Positions 40,611 to 49,792 of a stretch of DNA of 63,970 nucleotides are shown here, in pieces. The position numbers and the translations under genes were made by a program. Numbering within the stretch: position 1 is the stretch's first letter; every line of letters begins with the position of its first letter. The DNA comes from a virus (lineage: Duplodnaviria > Caudoviricetes). The notes under the pieces are model-generated. The model saw nothing but the letters and a program-made list of their open reading frames with translations, made no database searches and had not been told where the DNA came from. Location of the stretch: positions 1 to 63,970 of IMG/VR virus record IMGVR_UViG_3300013108_000662; one strand, written 5' to 3'.

Positions 40611-41422
40611 AGCTTTATTCCAAACAGGGCGTCGCCCAATTCTACAATTTCGTCGTCGACAAGGTGTCTGAACGCGGAGTGATCTTTCCATTCTTCATGC
40701 CGAGTGAGTACCTTCATCTGTTGAGCATTGCCATCGAACTTCTCACGATCGAAAGAGCTGCCGCTCCCGAAATTCATTACCTTATTCAAGCCGCGATCCG
40801 TAAATTCTAAACCAAGGCGATCGCAAATTCCTTTGCGATACTCGGCACTCACAAACCATTCATTAAAGTTTATTACTTCAATCTCTTGATGAGTCTCAGA
40901 GCCGTGTAGGGCTTGGCGGGCATGCCGTTTCCATTCTCGGAGGCGTTGGGGCAACTGAGTGCCCACATCAGTGGCCCCGGGGTCGGGAGGGTTCTTCAGC
41001 CTCTGTAAGCAAGAGGCAATAAAGTTATAAGGATCCCGAACAATTAAAATTGTTTTTCCTCCATTCTTCATTTCTGCGAAATTCCACATCTCCAAGCGAC
41101 TGTAGTCCTCCAGAGTGAGATCTTCAATGTTATAGAGATTATCTACAACTCTGGAGAAATCGGAATTATGAAATTCTTGACGGAGTTTGTTGCTGGCTGC
41201 TAGGTCTATCTTGTGATCTACAAAATAGTTCTTTACTTCGTGGCCATTGGAATTAGGAACATAATGAACCACCATATGCTCCTTCATGGGCAAGAGGCGT
41301 TTATCCGCCCAACCCTGAATGCAGTTATTATAATGTAGGACCTCGTGGCTATTCTGTTGGGCAAACCAATTGACAACGCCATGCTGTCCGCTCCTCTTCA
41401 TGCAAATAAATAAATAATTCAT
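40607..41422 (-). CDS. Sulfotransferase-like protein (271 aa)
   Basis: PSB-loop-like MKRSGQHGVVNW, 3'-PB-like ILIVRDPYNFIAS, and INFNEW..ICDRLGL. Confidence 0.65.
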   Translation of the reverse strand: MNYLFICMKRSGQHGVVNWFAQQNSHEVLHYNNCIQGWADKRLLPMKEHMVVHYVPNSNGHEVKNYFVDHKIDLAASNKLRQEFHNSDFSRVVDNLYNIEDLTLEDYSRLEMWNFAEMKNGGKTILIVRDPYNFIASCLQRLKNPPDPGATDVGTQLPQRLREWKRHARQALHGSETHQEIEVINFNEWFVSAEYRKGICDRLGLEFTDRGLNKVMNFGSGSSFDREKFDGNAQQMKVLTRHEEWKDHSAFRHLVDDEIVELGDALFGIKL

Positions 41423-41439
41423 CTTGGTATTCCTGTGTT

Positions 41440-42162
41440 CTATTCAAAAGTGTAATTAAAGTATTTTACATCTTCGATGCACTTCTCTAGCATGATTTGC
41501 TGAGTTTGTGGGGTATAATATTCTTGATATGGTATTGACTTTGTTTTTCTAGGGACTTGTCCAAAGGGCGATGCCTTACCGCCGGCGACGTCACCGTGAT
41601 AGGTGCCAAGTTTATCGGAGTATCTTTTTAGCTTCATCTTATCAAAGATATTACCCGTATCGCGCTCTAGGTTCTCGTACCGTCCGATATAATCACTCAT
41701 TACGGTTCCGGTTTTAGGACACCTAAACCAATCCAACTGGAATCTATGGTATGAAGGATTTACTTGGCAAAATGTTGCACCATCATACATATCTACAAAT
41801 TTTTCGAACGTACTACACTGATGGCGTCCTTTTCGATTCTCGTACAGTGATACTGCTCGACACCATGGGTTTCGAACGAAACCAAACTTATACGCGGCTT
41901 GATATAATTTTTCTCCTTCGACGGCTCCTTTCAGACGATGTAACCCGCTACGATACTCATTCAAATTAAAATGTGTTCTATTACCCACCAATCTGTATCC
42001 CTTTTCTATAGGGCTTCGCACCGCTAGGCGGGAAATCGTCGTACTGGCCGTTTTGGGAACTGCAACAAAAATGAATCGATAATTAAAATATTCGCCCCAA
42101 TACCTAAGACACTTTGTCATAATGTGGCGATGTTGAGCTTCGTCATCGGTTGGAGTTTGCAC
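41440..42162 (-). CDS. Sulfotransferase family 2 protein (240 aa)
   Basis: FIFVAVPKTASTTI, KFGFVRNPWCRAVSLY, DYIGRYENLERD, YQEYY..EDVKYFNYTF. Confidence 0.85.
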   Translation of the reverse strand: MQTPTDDEAQHRHIMTKCLRYWGEYFNYRFIFVAVPKTASTTISRLAVRSPIEKGYRLVGNRTHFNLNEYRSGLHRLKGAVEGEKLYQAAYKFGFVRNPWCRAVSLYENRKGRHQCSTFEKFVDMYDGATFCQVNPSYHRFQLDWFRCPKTGTVMSDYIGRYENLERDTGNIFDKMKLKRYSDKLGTYHGDVAGGKASPFGQVPRKTKSIPYQEYYTPQTQQIMLEKCIEDVKYFNYTFE

Positions 42163-42163
42163 T

Positions 42164-42541
42164 TTAGTCTCCTTTTACAATTCGATGACTATCCTCGTCA
42201 AAATGCTGTGTTGAGAACTCGAAAAGTTCTGTATCTTCTAGAGCAATCATCTGATGTCTCAGTCCCCGATAAACATGGAAGTTATCGCCACGTTCTAGGA
42301 TTAATTCATGGGCTGCATTGAGATCGTCACGATCAGAATATTTAACGAGCATTTTACCGGATTGAATATAAAATACTTCATCCTTCTTTACGTGATAGTG
42401 CCAGGAGCATCGCTTCCCCTTAACAAAGTACAGCAACTTCCCACAGTACTCCTCATTATTAACAATCCATTTTTCAAAGCCCCACCCCTTAGGGACGAAC
42501 GTCATTGGTAAAGAAGTCTTCATCTTTAATTCCTTTGTCAT
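42164..42541 (-). CDS. Cupin-domain sugar isomerase (mannose-6-P/D-lyxose isomerase-like)
   Basis: VPKGWGFEKWIVNNEEYCGKLL..SWHYHVKKDEVFYIQSG..HQM..EFST. Exact start uncertain. Confidence 0.75.
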   Translation of the reverse strand: MTKELKMKTSLPMTFVPKGWGFEKWIVNNEEYCGKLLYFVKGKRCSWHYHVKKDEVFYIQSGKMLVKYSDRDDLNAAHELILERGDNFHVYRGLRHQMIALEDTELFEFSTQHFDEDSHRIVKGD

Positions 42542-42821
42542 CTATATAAATATCGCCAGCTGGCTTTCCTAAAAAGAGGGAATGAAATTTAACACCCCAC
42601 TCTGTTAGTTGGTTAAACGTGAATACATAAAACAAATCAAATGCATGTGAAGGATTGTTATGTGTTCGTCCCATTCCTCTGGCAGTTTGGAAAATGATTT
42701 TATGCCCTTCATCATAGAGGGCATTAACGCGATCTATTCGGTCCTGTAATGGCTGGGCGGTGTCATAGTCGCCGTCCGTAAGTGTACAGATGGTGCCATC
42801 AATATCAAAAACATAATTCAT
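42489..42821 (-). CDS. Small capless HAD-superfamily phosphatase (110 aa)
   Basis: Motif I FDIDGTIC, motif II TARG, motif III/IV GKP..DIYIDDK. Confidence 0.85.
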   Translation of the reverse strand: MNYVFDIDGTICTLTDGDYDTAQPLQDRIDRVNALYDEGHKIIFQTARGMGRTHNNPSHAFDLFYVFTFNQLTEWGVKFHSLFLGKPAGDIYIDDKGIKDEDFFTNDVRP

Positions 42822-42822
42822 T

Positions 42823-43593
42823 TTATATCATATCCTCGGGACGTAAGCAGTACGTCCCAAACTTTTGTACCACTATTCTAGCACAATTATTAGCGAATTT
42901 AAGCGCTGTAGGCATATCTGTTGTTCCTAGGTATTCACATACGAGGGCTGCTAAGAAAGTATCACCTGCTCCGGATACATCAAATACCTCACATTCTTCT
43001 GTGGGGTATATAGCGCCATCGTATTTCACGCCTCTGGCTCCAAGGGTTACAATAAGTTTAGCCGACGCACTTATCTGTTTCATTTCATTGCTTTCTTTTT
43101 CATTTATCTTTATGAAGCAATGCTCGTAGCATTCAAGATTTTTCTTTTTGGAATCTACAAATAATGGAATACTAGATTCATGGCACTTTCCGGAAAGATA
43201 TAGTGCTACTTCTCGACTGATAAACCCCTTGTCATAGTCTGATACTACCACCGCATCGTAGCCCGAGATATCTATCTGTTCTGGATCAATAGGTTGTACT
43301 TTATTACTCTCTCCAAAATCTGCCCTCAGAAGATGCTGTTTTGTTTTGGTATCAACGAAGCGATCTTTGTAGATCATCTCGTCATTCTTAAGAACATCCA
43401 CAGAGGCGCCCAGAGCCTCTAGGTTGGCTCCTACGTTCAGACACATGCCTAGGCGCTCTTCCGTATATAAATGCTTTAAAACGGGAACAGGAGCTTCTGG
43501 ACTAAGACGAGTAACAGAACCGTAATAATAGCGATCTGTACAGGCATCACCTATCAGTAATACTTTCAATGATTTTGGTTGTGGAGTATCCAT
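42823..43593 (-). CDS. RfaE/HldE domain I: D-glycero-D-manno-heptose-7-phosphate kinase-like (PfkB family, 256 aa)
   Basis: VLLIGDACTDRYYYGSVTRLSPEAPVPV, VSDYDKG, DVSGAGDTFLAAL. Confidence 0.88.
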   Translation of the reverse strand: MDTPQPKSLKVLLIGDACTDRYYYGSVTRLSPEAPVPVLKHLYTEERLGMCLNVGANLEALGASVDVLKNDEMIYKDRFVDTKTKQHLLRADFGESNKVQPIDPEQIDISGYDAVVVSDYDKGFISREVALYLSGKCHESSIPLFVDSKKKNLECYEHCFIKINEKESNEMKQISASAKLIVTLGARGVKYDGAIYPTEECEVFDVSGAGDTFLAALVCEYLGTTDMPTALKFANNCARIVVQKFGTYCLRPEDMI

Positions 43594-43945
43594 CTATTCT
43601 CTCAAAGTACTTAATCTCTTGAGCCCAGTGACCACCGACGATGGTTTTACCCTTCCAGTCAGAGCCCACTATCATTATGTCCGGTGCTGTGCTCTTTACT
43701 AGCTCCTCTAATTCCTCAGGAGTATCAAAGACCTCAACACGATCAATGTATCGTAAGGATGATAGCATAAATTTTCTATCTTCTACATTATTGATCGGGC
43801 GGTCAGGTCCCTTGGCTGCTTTAACTTTTTCATCAGAATCTATAGCGACGACCAAAGTCGTGCCTAACAGCGCCCCATATTTAAATAGTTCTAAATGACC
43901 GCGGTGCAAGATATCAAAGCACCCATTAATAAATACTGTCGTCAT
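43547..43945 (-). CDS. RfaE/HldE domain II: heptose-1-phosphate adenylyltransferase-like (132 aa)
   Basis: VFINGCFDILHRGH, IDSDEKV...KGPDRPIN, VGSDW, YSTTKIIE. Confidence 0.88.
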   Translation of the reverse strand: MTTVFINGCFDILHRGHLELFKYGALLGTTLVVAIDSDEKVKAAKGPDRPINNVEDRKFMLSSLRYIDRVEVFDTPEELEELVKSTAPDIMIVGSDWKGKTIVGGHWAQEIKYFERIDGYSTTKIIESITDR

Positions 43946-44799
43946 ATGAGCGGCAGCGTCTTTCTGATCCCTTCTTCTAAGCCTAGGCGTGGCATAATAT
44001 AGCCGTTTGTTGAGATCTTATAGTTGTCGCTGCAAGTGTGGGTTTGATATTTTCCTTTTAGATGCTCGGGAAAGGGAACCTCTACAATCTTAGCACCTGT
44101 CTCGGCTGCTATAATCTTGGCTACGTCGTAAAACGAACGAGCGACACCAGTTCCCACATTATAGATTCCAGAATGTTTAAAATTTGGTGCAGCGAGAGTC
44201 ATAGCTACCACATCATCAATATGAACAAAGTCACGACGATAGTTCTCGCTCCCTTCAAAAATCTTTATCTCACCAGTCTCTCGGGCTTGCATCGTAAATT
44301 TATGGACTGGGCTGGCCATATCACCTTTATGATGCTCTTCGTGCCCAAAAACGTTAAAATATCGTAACCCAAAAATACGGGCATCAGGATTTAGGTTGAT
44401 CTGCTGTGTCACGAAGAGGTCTAAAGCAGTTTTACTAATAGCATAGGAATTAATGGGGGAGGGGGCTTGAGACTCCTTTTGCGTACCTTCTGCTGGTCCA
44501 TACACGGAGGCAGATGAGGCATACACAAATGGGATGCTCTTTTCAATACAAAGCTGAAGCAGTTGCAGACTATATGTTACATTATTTTGACTTAGTAACA
44601 CAGCGTCCGTTTCTGTGGTAGAAGATATAGCACCAAGATGATAGACGCACGAAACACAATCGGTTTGCTTCAACCAAACCAAAGATTCGTCGGGCGTGAG
44701 CATTGTATCGTTTGTTGGATCACAACTAATCACTGGTCCGTCTATGTTTTCCACAAGACATCCACCAATAAACCCATTTGCTCCCGTTACCAAAATCAT
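43942..44799 (-). CDS. hldD: ADP-L-glycero-D-manno-heptose 6-epimerase
   Basis: MILVTGANGFIG, HLGAISSTTE, FVYASSASVYG, GLRYFNVFG.EEHHKGDMAS, RDFVHIDDV, PFPEHLKGKYQ. Confidence 0.88.
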   Translation of the reverse strand: MILVTGANGFIGGCLVENIDGPVISCDPTNDTMLTPDESLVWLKQTDCVSCVYHLGAISSTTETDAVLLSQNNVTYSLQLLQLCIEKSIPFVYASSASVYGPAEGTQKESQAPSPINSYAISKTALDLFVTQQINLNPDARIFGLRYFNVFGHEEHHKGDMASPVHKFTMQARETGEIKIFEGSENYRRDFVHIDDVVAMTLAAPNFKHSGIYNVGTGVARSFYDVAKIIAAETGAKIVEVPFPEHLKGKYQTHTCSDNYKISTNGYIMPRLGLEEGIRKTLPLI

Positions 44800-45632
44800 G
44801 CTGTTATAACTCCATAAAAATATTCCAGCGCTTCCGCTACTTTCTTTTCTAATACGTCAATGAGTTCTCCCCCGGACATGTTGCCGTAAGGTTCACTTAG
44901 GAACCCAATAAGTTTGGGGTTGGTATATACCCTACAATTAAGCATTTTAGCTTCAGCTACAAGGCGACAGAACGTCTCCAGGACTTGAGGAATGAATACT
45001 AGTCCCTCGTATTCACTTAATTTTCTTAAAAACTCATATTGATCATCTGACGCTATCAAATCGAAATTGATTCCCCTGTCTGTGCAAAATTGGATTGCGG
45101 CACCGCGGCCTTTGGTGGGGTTTGAGGAATTGACGACTGCAAATTCTTTGGATTTCTCTTTTGAACAATTTCTCAAGAAGTCTAGCTTTTCTGGGGACCA
45201 GAGGCTAGTACCGATAGAATGTATAGTAGTGTTCTCTAGATTTTGTGCCATCACTCTCTTGCAGATTTCACTGAGAACTACAACCGCGGTGGCGTCCTGA
45301 TAAAAGCCTACATTTACGAGCTGATCGTGAGGAATTTTAAAACCCGCAAACCTAGAGGGATCCCGGGTCTTAACATATTTATGATCGTGTTCATAGATTA
45401 TATACTCACAATTCTTTCTCAGGTGATCTTTAATCTCGGCTGACAGGAGTACAAAATTAGCTACTATTACTTTATCGGCAGAATTCAAGACTTCTTTAGT
45501 TATATCTTTAGTATGGACTAAATTAACTACTAATCCGCGGGAGCGGAGATAGTTTATCAGGACTGCGTCGTTATTTTCACCGCCGCCATTGATCTGGTTG
45601 CTAAAGAAATCAGCCAGAAAGACGACACGCAT
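44796..45632 (-). CDS. GT-B glycosyltransferase-like protein (278 aa)
   Basis: VVFLADFF...GGGE, YEHDHKY, ETFCRLVAEAKMLNC. Confidence 0.65.
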   Translation of the reverse strand: MRVVFLADFFSNQINGGGENNDAVLINYLRSRGLVVNLVHTKDITKEVLNSADKVIVANFVLLSAEIKDHLRKNCEYIIYEHDHKYVKTRDPSRFAGFKIPHDQLVNVGFYQDATAVVVLSEICKRVMAQNLENTTIHSIGTSLWSPEKLDFLRNCSKEKSKEFAVVNSSNPTKGRGAAIQFCTDRGINFDLIASDDQYEFLRKLSEYEGLVFIPQVLETFCRLVAEAKMLNCRVYTNPKLIGFLSEPYGNMSGGELIDVLEKKVAEALEYFYGVITA

Positions 45633-46885
45633 TAGAGAATCTCAATTTCTCCCAGTGCCTGCATCCACTCTAGTTCCTCTTCGGAGGGATCATAGATATG
45701 CGAAACAAAATCTTTATACAATTTTTCATCCGTAAATGTTTCGAGTATATGATTCTGGAGAGTTGTGGCTTCTTTCCTATAGTGAGTCTCTTTTTCTAGT
45801 GCGTCTAGGAGCGCTCGCTTAAAAGATGCTTCACGCGCGTAAGCCCACATAGAGTCTTTCTCGATCACCCCGGGCCAGACAGCTTGGGGTTGCACCGTCT
45901 TAACATCATAATCTACTTTGATGATGCGCGGGACTGCCTTCTTTTTCTTGTTAGGCTTAGTAATAAAATCTAACTGTCCGCTCCAAGTTACAGTAATCAA
46001 TGGCAGCCCGTTATATGCGGCCTCAAACATAGGAAGCCCGTAACCCTCTCCATGCGCAATATTAATCAATGCTTTCATGGTCGGGTGCTGATACAGCCAT
46101 GTAAGGTTTTCTGGGGTAACCTCGCCATGAATTAGATATACCTTACATTTCCGATCGGGTACTTGTTGCAATAAGGTCTCCAGCCGAGCGGAGGTGAGTT
46201 CTCTGTCGCGTACGCAGTCTGAAGCCGTATTGGTTTTAAGAATGAGTCCGGCTGTAGGGTCATCCTTGAATGCCTCGGCGAACCACTTAATCGTATTGTC
46301 TAGATTTTTTCGAGGGCCCCACTGAGAGACTGCGAGAAAATTATTCTCCGTCTCCAGATTAATGTTTAGGGGATCCGCATCATGGTGTCTTACGGGATAA
46401 TTGACACAACTAACTGGCACTGTCACGCCCCAATTAGGCACCTCATTTCCTTGTTGATCTTTTACATCATAGGTGGTTGATTCCATCACTTTTTGAGAAT
46501 GGGATGACACCGTGATAACACTGTCCATCACCGTATTAATCTTATCAATCCACTGGGGAGATATCTTAGTGGTTTCGATACCGGCAGTATATCCGATGTT
46601 CTGATCTGCTATCTTCTCAAATTCATTGGGGACCGTGATTTGTAGCGATAAATCAAATTTGCCGCCGCTTTGAATATGATGAACCGTTTGTTGAGTTTTG
46701 TTTGTAATAAAGGAGCGCTCCTCCGACTCCTCAGCTATTTGTCCGGTCTGTCCCCATCCCGTATTAACAATATATATCTCAAAGAGATCTTCTCGGCTTC
46801 GCAGGGCGCGGAGAGCGAATCTGGACTGTTCGCCATATCCAGATCTGGACAACAATGGTCCTTTTACTAAAATCTTCTTTTTCAT
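45632..46885 (-). CDS. GT4-like glycosyltransferase (417 aa)
   Basis: SRSGYG, RKNLD, HGEGYGLPMFEAAYNGLPLI. Confidence 0.85.
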   Translation of the reverse strand: MKKKILVKGPLLSRSGYGEQSRFALRALRSREDLFEIYIVNTGWGQTGQIAEESEERSFITNKTQQTVHHIQSGGKFDLSLQITVPNEFEKIADQNIGYTAGIETTKISPQWIDKINTVMDSVITVSSHSQKVMESTTYDVKDQQGNEVPNWGVTVPVSCVNYPVRHHDADPLNINLETENNFLAVSQWGPRKNLDNTIKWFAEAFKDDPTAGLILKTNTASDCVRDRELTSARLETLLQQVPDRKCKVYLIHGEVTPENLTWLYQHPTMKALINIAHGEGYGLPMFEAAYNGLPLITVTWSGQLDFITKPNKKKKAVPRIIKVDYDVKTVQPQAVWPGVIEKDSMWAYAREASFKRALLDALEKETHYRKEATTLQNHILETFTDEKLYKDFVSHIYDPSEEELEWMQALGEIEIL

Positions 46886-48136
46886 CTAAAAAGTCCTCAC
46901 TTCGTAGGGGGTATATCCGGTTCGGGTATCCCAGGAGCCAAAGTTCTCATGGATCTCAGTAAAGAGGGTGTCCCACCTTTCGACATACTGATCAAAACTA
47001 AATTGGCGCTCAGTCCATTCGCGTCCGGAGGCACCGAGATCTGCTCGTTCTTCAGGGGTCATTTCGTACATTTTTACTAATGCATTAACCACTTGCTCTT
47101 CATTGAGACGATCCTCATAAATATAGGGAACGTCTTGGGATCCAATGATAGCTCTGGATGCGGGTTCTAGTCCTATACCGTACCAGTTTTCTCCGTCTGT
47201 GAGCTGATCTTGCAGACCACCAGTCAGAGTTGCAATGATCGGAGTTCCGCATGATAGGGATTCCAATGTTGATAGTCCGAAGCCTTCGGCGTCTGCTACA
47301 TTAATAGTGACGTCGGCTATATTATACATCATGGCAAGATCTTTAGATTCCACTTTATTCTGCGAAAAAAGAACCTGTCGATCTGTGAGACCAAGTTCAT
47401 GGATAATGGCTTCTAGATCTTGTCCATGGGGGTCCTTAACGTCCGTATGCATGATGAGGGCGGCGTTCTCATGTCCCACCTTGTCCAAGAATGCCTTAAA
47501 CCAAAAGATTAAGCTTCCAGATTGCTTGCGGCGAGCGTTACGATTATTCCAAAAACAAACAAATTTCCCATCTAGCTGCTGTTCTTTTTTAACCTGTGCA
47601 ATTTGTTCGGCACTGGCAGGCTTATAAATTGTGCCATCTACAGCATGGGGAATATAAGAACTTCCCACCTCGGGGGTTACTGTCTGAACTATATCATGTG
47701 TGAGCTTGGAAATGCATGCCACATGGTCATTGGAGAGGTACCACGGTCGGTTAAAATTAGGGTAAGGATAATTATCCCAAACATGATAATATACCATGGG
47801 TACATGCGTCCGGATCTCGTTCTCAATCTGCCACAGCCACGTGTAAAAGCGTGGATCTGTCATGAACCAAAGAATATCTGGCTTTTGTTGGTGGATCATG
47901 GCGCGAACTTGTTCTGCATTACCATAGCCATCCACGGGCCAAATGATCCAATCTGTCCCCCATTCGTCGGTCTGTTGAGGCTGGTGATTGGGGTGCTTGA
48001 TGGCGCCGCCAAAAGAAACAAACTGGTACTTGCCAGTTTTAAGCATTCCTTCAATGATGTATTTGGTTTGTGTTCCCACCCCAGAAGGAGATAATGGATG
48101 GTCACTGATCGTAAAGATCTTAATCTTATCTGACAT
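46886..48136 (-). CDS. GT4-like glycosyltransferase (416 aa)
   Basis: SDHPLSPSGVG, IPHAVD, NRNARRKQ, AEGFGLSTLESLSCGTPII. Confidence 0.88.
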   Translation of the reverse strand: MSDKIKIFTISDHPLSPSGVGTQTKYIIEGMLKTGKYQFVSFGGAIKHPNHQPQQTDEWGTDWIIWPVDGYGNAEQVRAMIHQQKPDILWFMTDPRFYTWLWQIENEIRTHVPMVYYHVWDNYPYPNFNRPWYLSNDHVACISKLTHDIVQTVTPEVGSSYIPHAVDGTIYKPASAEQIAQVKKEQQLDGKFVCFWNNRNARRKQSGSLIFWFKAFLDKVGHENAALIMHTDVKDPHGQDLEAIIHELGLTDRQVLFSQNKVESKDLAMMYNIADVTINVADAEGFGLSTLESLSCGTPIIATLTGGLQDQLTDGENWYGIGLEPASRAIIGSQDVPYIYEDRLNEEQVVNALVKMYEMTPEERADLGASGREWTERQFSFDQYVERWDTLFTEIHENFGSWDTRTGYTPYEVRTF

Positions 48137-48144
48137 ATTGGTTC

Positions 48145-48924
48145 CTAGCGACAGTGTTCGGTCTTATAAAGCTTACAACGATAGGGCTTTAAACAATTCA
48201 ACTTGTTTTTGATAGTAACCCCTTTTATTATATTATAGATTGCTTGATATAGAAGTTTAAGGGCGTTTTCAGTTTTCTTTTCGCCACTGGTTACTCTAAA
48301 TATCTCCACTCTGTCTTTTTTGGCTGTTCTTTTTAACAGCGCAAAATGAGTCTCTACTTGAGATGGATCAATGTTGTGCTTCTGACAGAAGAAATGTTTG
48401 TAAAGTGTGAGCTGGTACGTTACGAGCTTCTCAGCCTTTTTCCGAGAGTCCCAGCCCCAAGAGCATGTCTTCCAGTCAAAGAGGTGGTAAGTATCCCCCA
48501 CTTTCACTACGGCATCCACAAAACCCTTAAAGTATACGTTGAAGTTCTCAATGGGAACATAAAGCATCTCTTCAGAGGAGAAAACCTCATAATCACCGAA
48601 ATAATCTTCTAGAGCATCTTCAACTTCTGCCAGAATAGCTGGTCCAGCGACTTTCATGTCTTGGACCCGGCCGGCATCAAATTCAATGTTCTTTTCTAGA
48701 AGATCTTGAAGTCTTTTAGCAAACCCAAGCTGGAAGACTTCTGCTTCGTTAATATCTTCCTTTAGAAGCTTCTTCTCGCATACATCATGAATGGCTGATC
48801 CAAAGGCAGTATATTCATTTCCCTCAAAGGGTGCAACCTTCTCAACCCAGGCTTTTTTGTGGTAGTGGGGACAGTGTGCCCAGTCTTTCATTTCAGAATA
48901 AGAAATATGTTCTCGTTTAGACAC
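48145..48924 (-). CDS. Cas4/AddB-like PD-(D/E)XK nuclease (259 aa)
   Basis: HISYSE..CP, FGSAIHDVCE, FKGFVDAV, FDWKT, YQLTLY, and C-terminal C..C..C forming a candidate 4-Cys Fe-S staple. Confidence 0.85.
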   Translation of the reverse strand: MSKREHISYSEMKDWAHCPHYHKKAWVEKVAPFEGNEYTAFGSAIHDVCEKKLLKEDINEAEVFQLGFAKRLQDLLEKNIEFDAGRVQDMKVAGPAILAEVEDALEDYFGDYEVFSSEEMLYVPIENFNVYFKGFVDAVVKVGDTYHLFDWKTCSWGWDSRKKAEKLVTYQLTLYKHFFCQKHNIDPSQVETHFALLKRTAKKDRVEIFRVTSGEKKTENALKLLYQAIYNIIKGVTIKNKLNCLKPYRCKLYKTEHCR

Positions 48925-49528
48925 TTATCACCGTCTCAATCTTATCAAAGAGGACGGGGCTCACCTTTTTTAAATTCCAAGGTTCTTCAAGATAATATTT
49001 CTCAAACCCATTCGCGAAATACTCCTGAATGGACGTCGCAGCATAGGGCGATGCAAATAAACCCATTGTCAGATTTAAGAGTGTCGGGTAGCCAACTACA
49101 TCGGAAAGATACTTATCCCACTGGGCGCTGTACTCAGTATGAGTTGCATGGGCTTTGTGCGGATTAAATCCGTGCGCCTGGAGGATGTGAAAGAGCTTCT
49201 TTCGCTTTCCCTTAAATTCGTCAATAAGGTCTTGTGTGTAAATCTCCGTGCCGAAGGCGCTCTCTAGGGAGTGCGCAACTTCGTGGATGAAGTTCTCCAG
49301 CATATCATCAATTGTCGGCTCCATATTAGTCATATAAATTGCACCGTTATGATATGTGGCATTGCGACCGTTTAGCTCCCTCATCTCCCCAATATAGACT
49401 ACATCCACATTAACTAAGATAGCGGACGCAATGGTCTCTTCAGCATCTGCACAGAATTCAGGAATACTCACATGTGGGGGCGGCTCCCCTATGACAAAGA
49501 CAGGGATGTTATAGATGTAATATTCCAT
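48917..49528 (-). CDS. Zincin-like metallopeptidase (203 aa)
   Basis: FIHEVAHSLE plus SPYAATSIQEYFAN (third-ligand Glu, lethal-factor/MtfA-like). Confidence 0.65.
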   Translation of the reverse strand: MEYYIYNIPVFVIGEPPPHVSIPEFCADAEETIASAILVNVDVVYIGEMRELNGRNATYHNGAIYMTNMEPTIDDMLENFIHEVAHSLESAFGTEIYTQDLIDEFKGKRKKLFHILQAHGFNPHKAHATHTEYSAQWDKYLSDVVGYPTLLNLTMGLFASPYAATSIQEYFANGFEKYYLEEPWNLKKVSPVLFDKIETVISV

Positions 49529-49530
49529 TA

Positions 49531-49785
49531 TTAGCCCAGGAACTCATCTCGTCCTGCGGACATGTTCTCAGCATCGGTGAGTGCCTGCTCATAGCCGCGG
49601 AGGAAGTTCTCTTCGGCGATCGCCATTAGAAATTCTGGGAACTCTGCAGCAAATACCTGCACAGCCATATCAACTGTGACAGTTTCTTCAGCAAGAAGTC
49701 TTTCACCAATGTAGGTAACTACGAGTTCTTTCAGACCTGTCTCAGTTCCAACAGGATTTTGTAAATCGGGGTTTTCGTTTTCCAT
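49531..49785 (-). CDS. Hypothetical protein (84 aa)
   Basis: Compact ORF in the operon. AEENFLRGYEQAL-type motif. Confidence 0.6.
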   Translation of the reverse strand: MENENPDLQNPVGTETGLKELVVTYIGERLLAEETVTVDMAVQVFAAEFPEFLMAIAEENFLRGYEQALTDAENMSAGRDEFLG

Positions 49786-49792
49786 CTTAATC

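Noticed and set aside
30845-48136. Bacterial chromosomal LPS/capsule locus or chimeric assembly
   Set aside because: Same strand and tight packing as the flanking phage genes, no export/polymerase genes, and no housekeeping genes or mobile-element boundaries.
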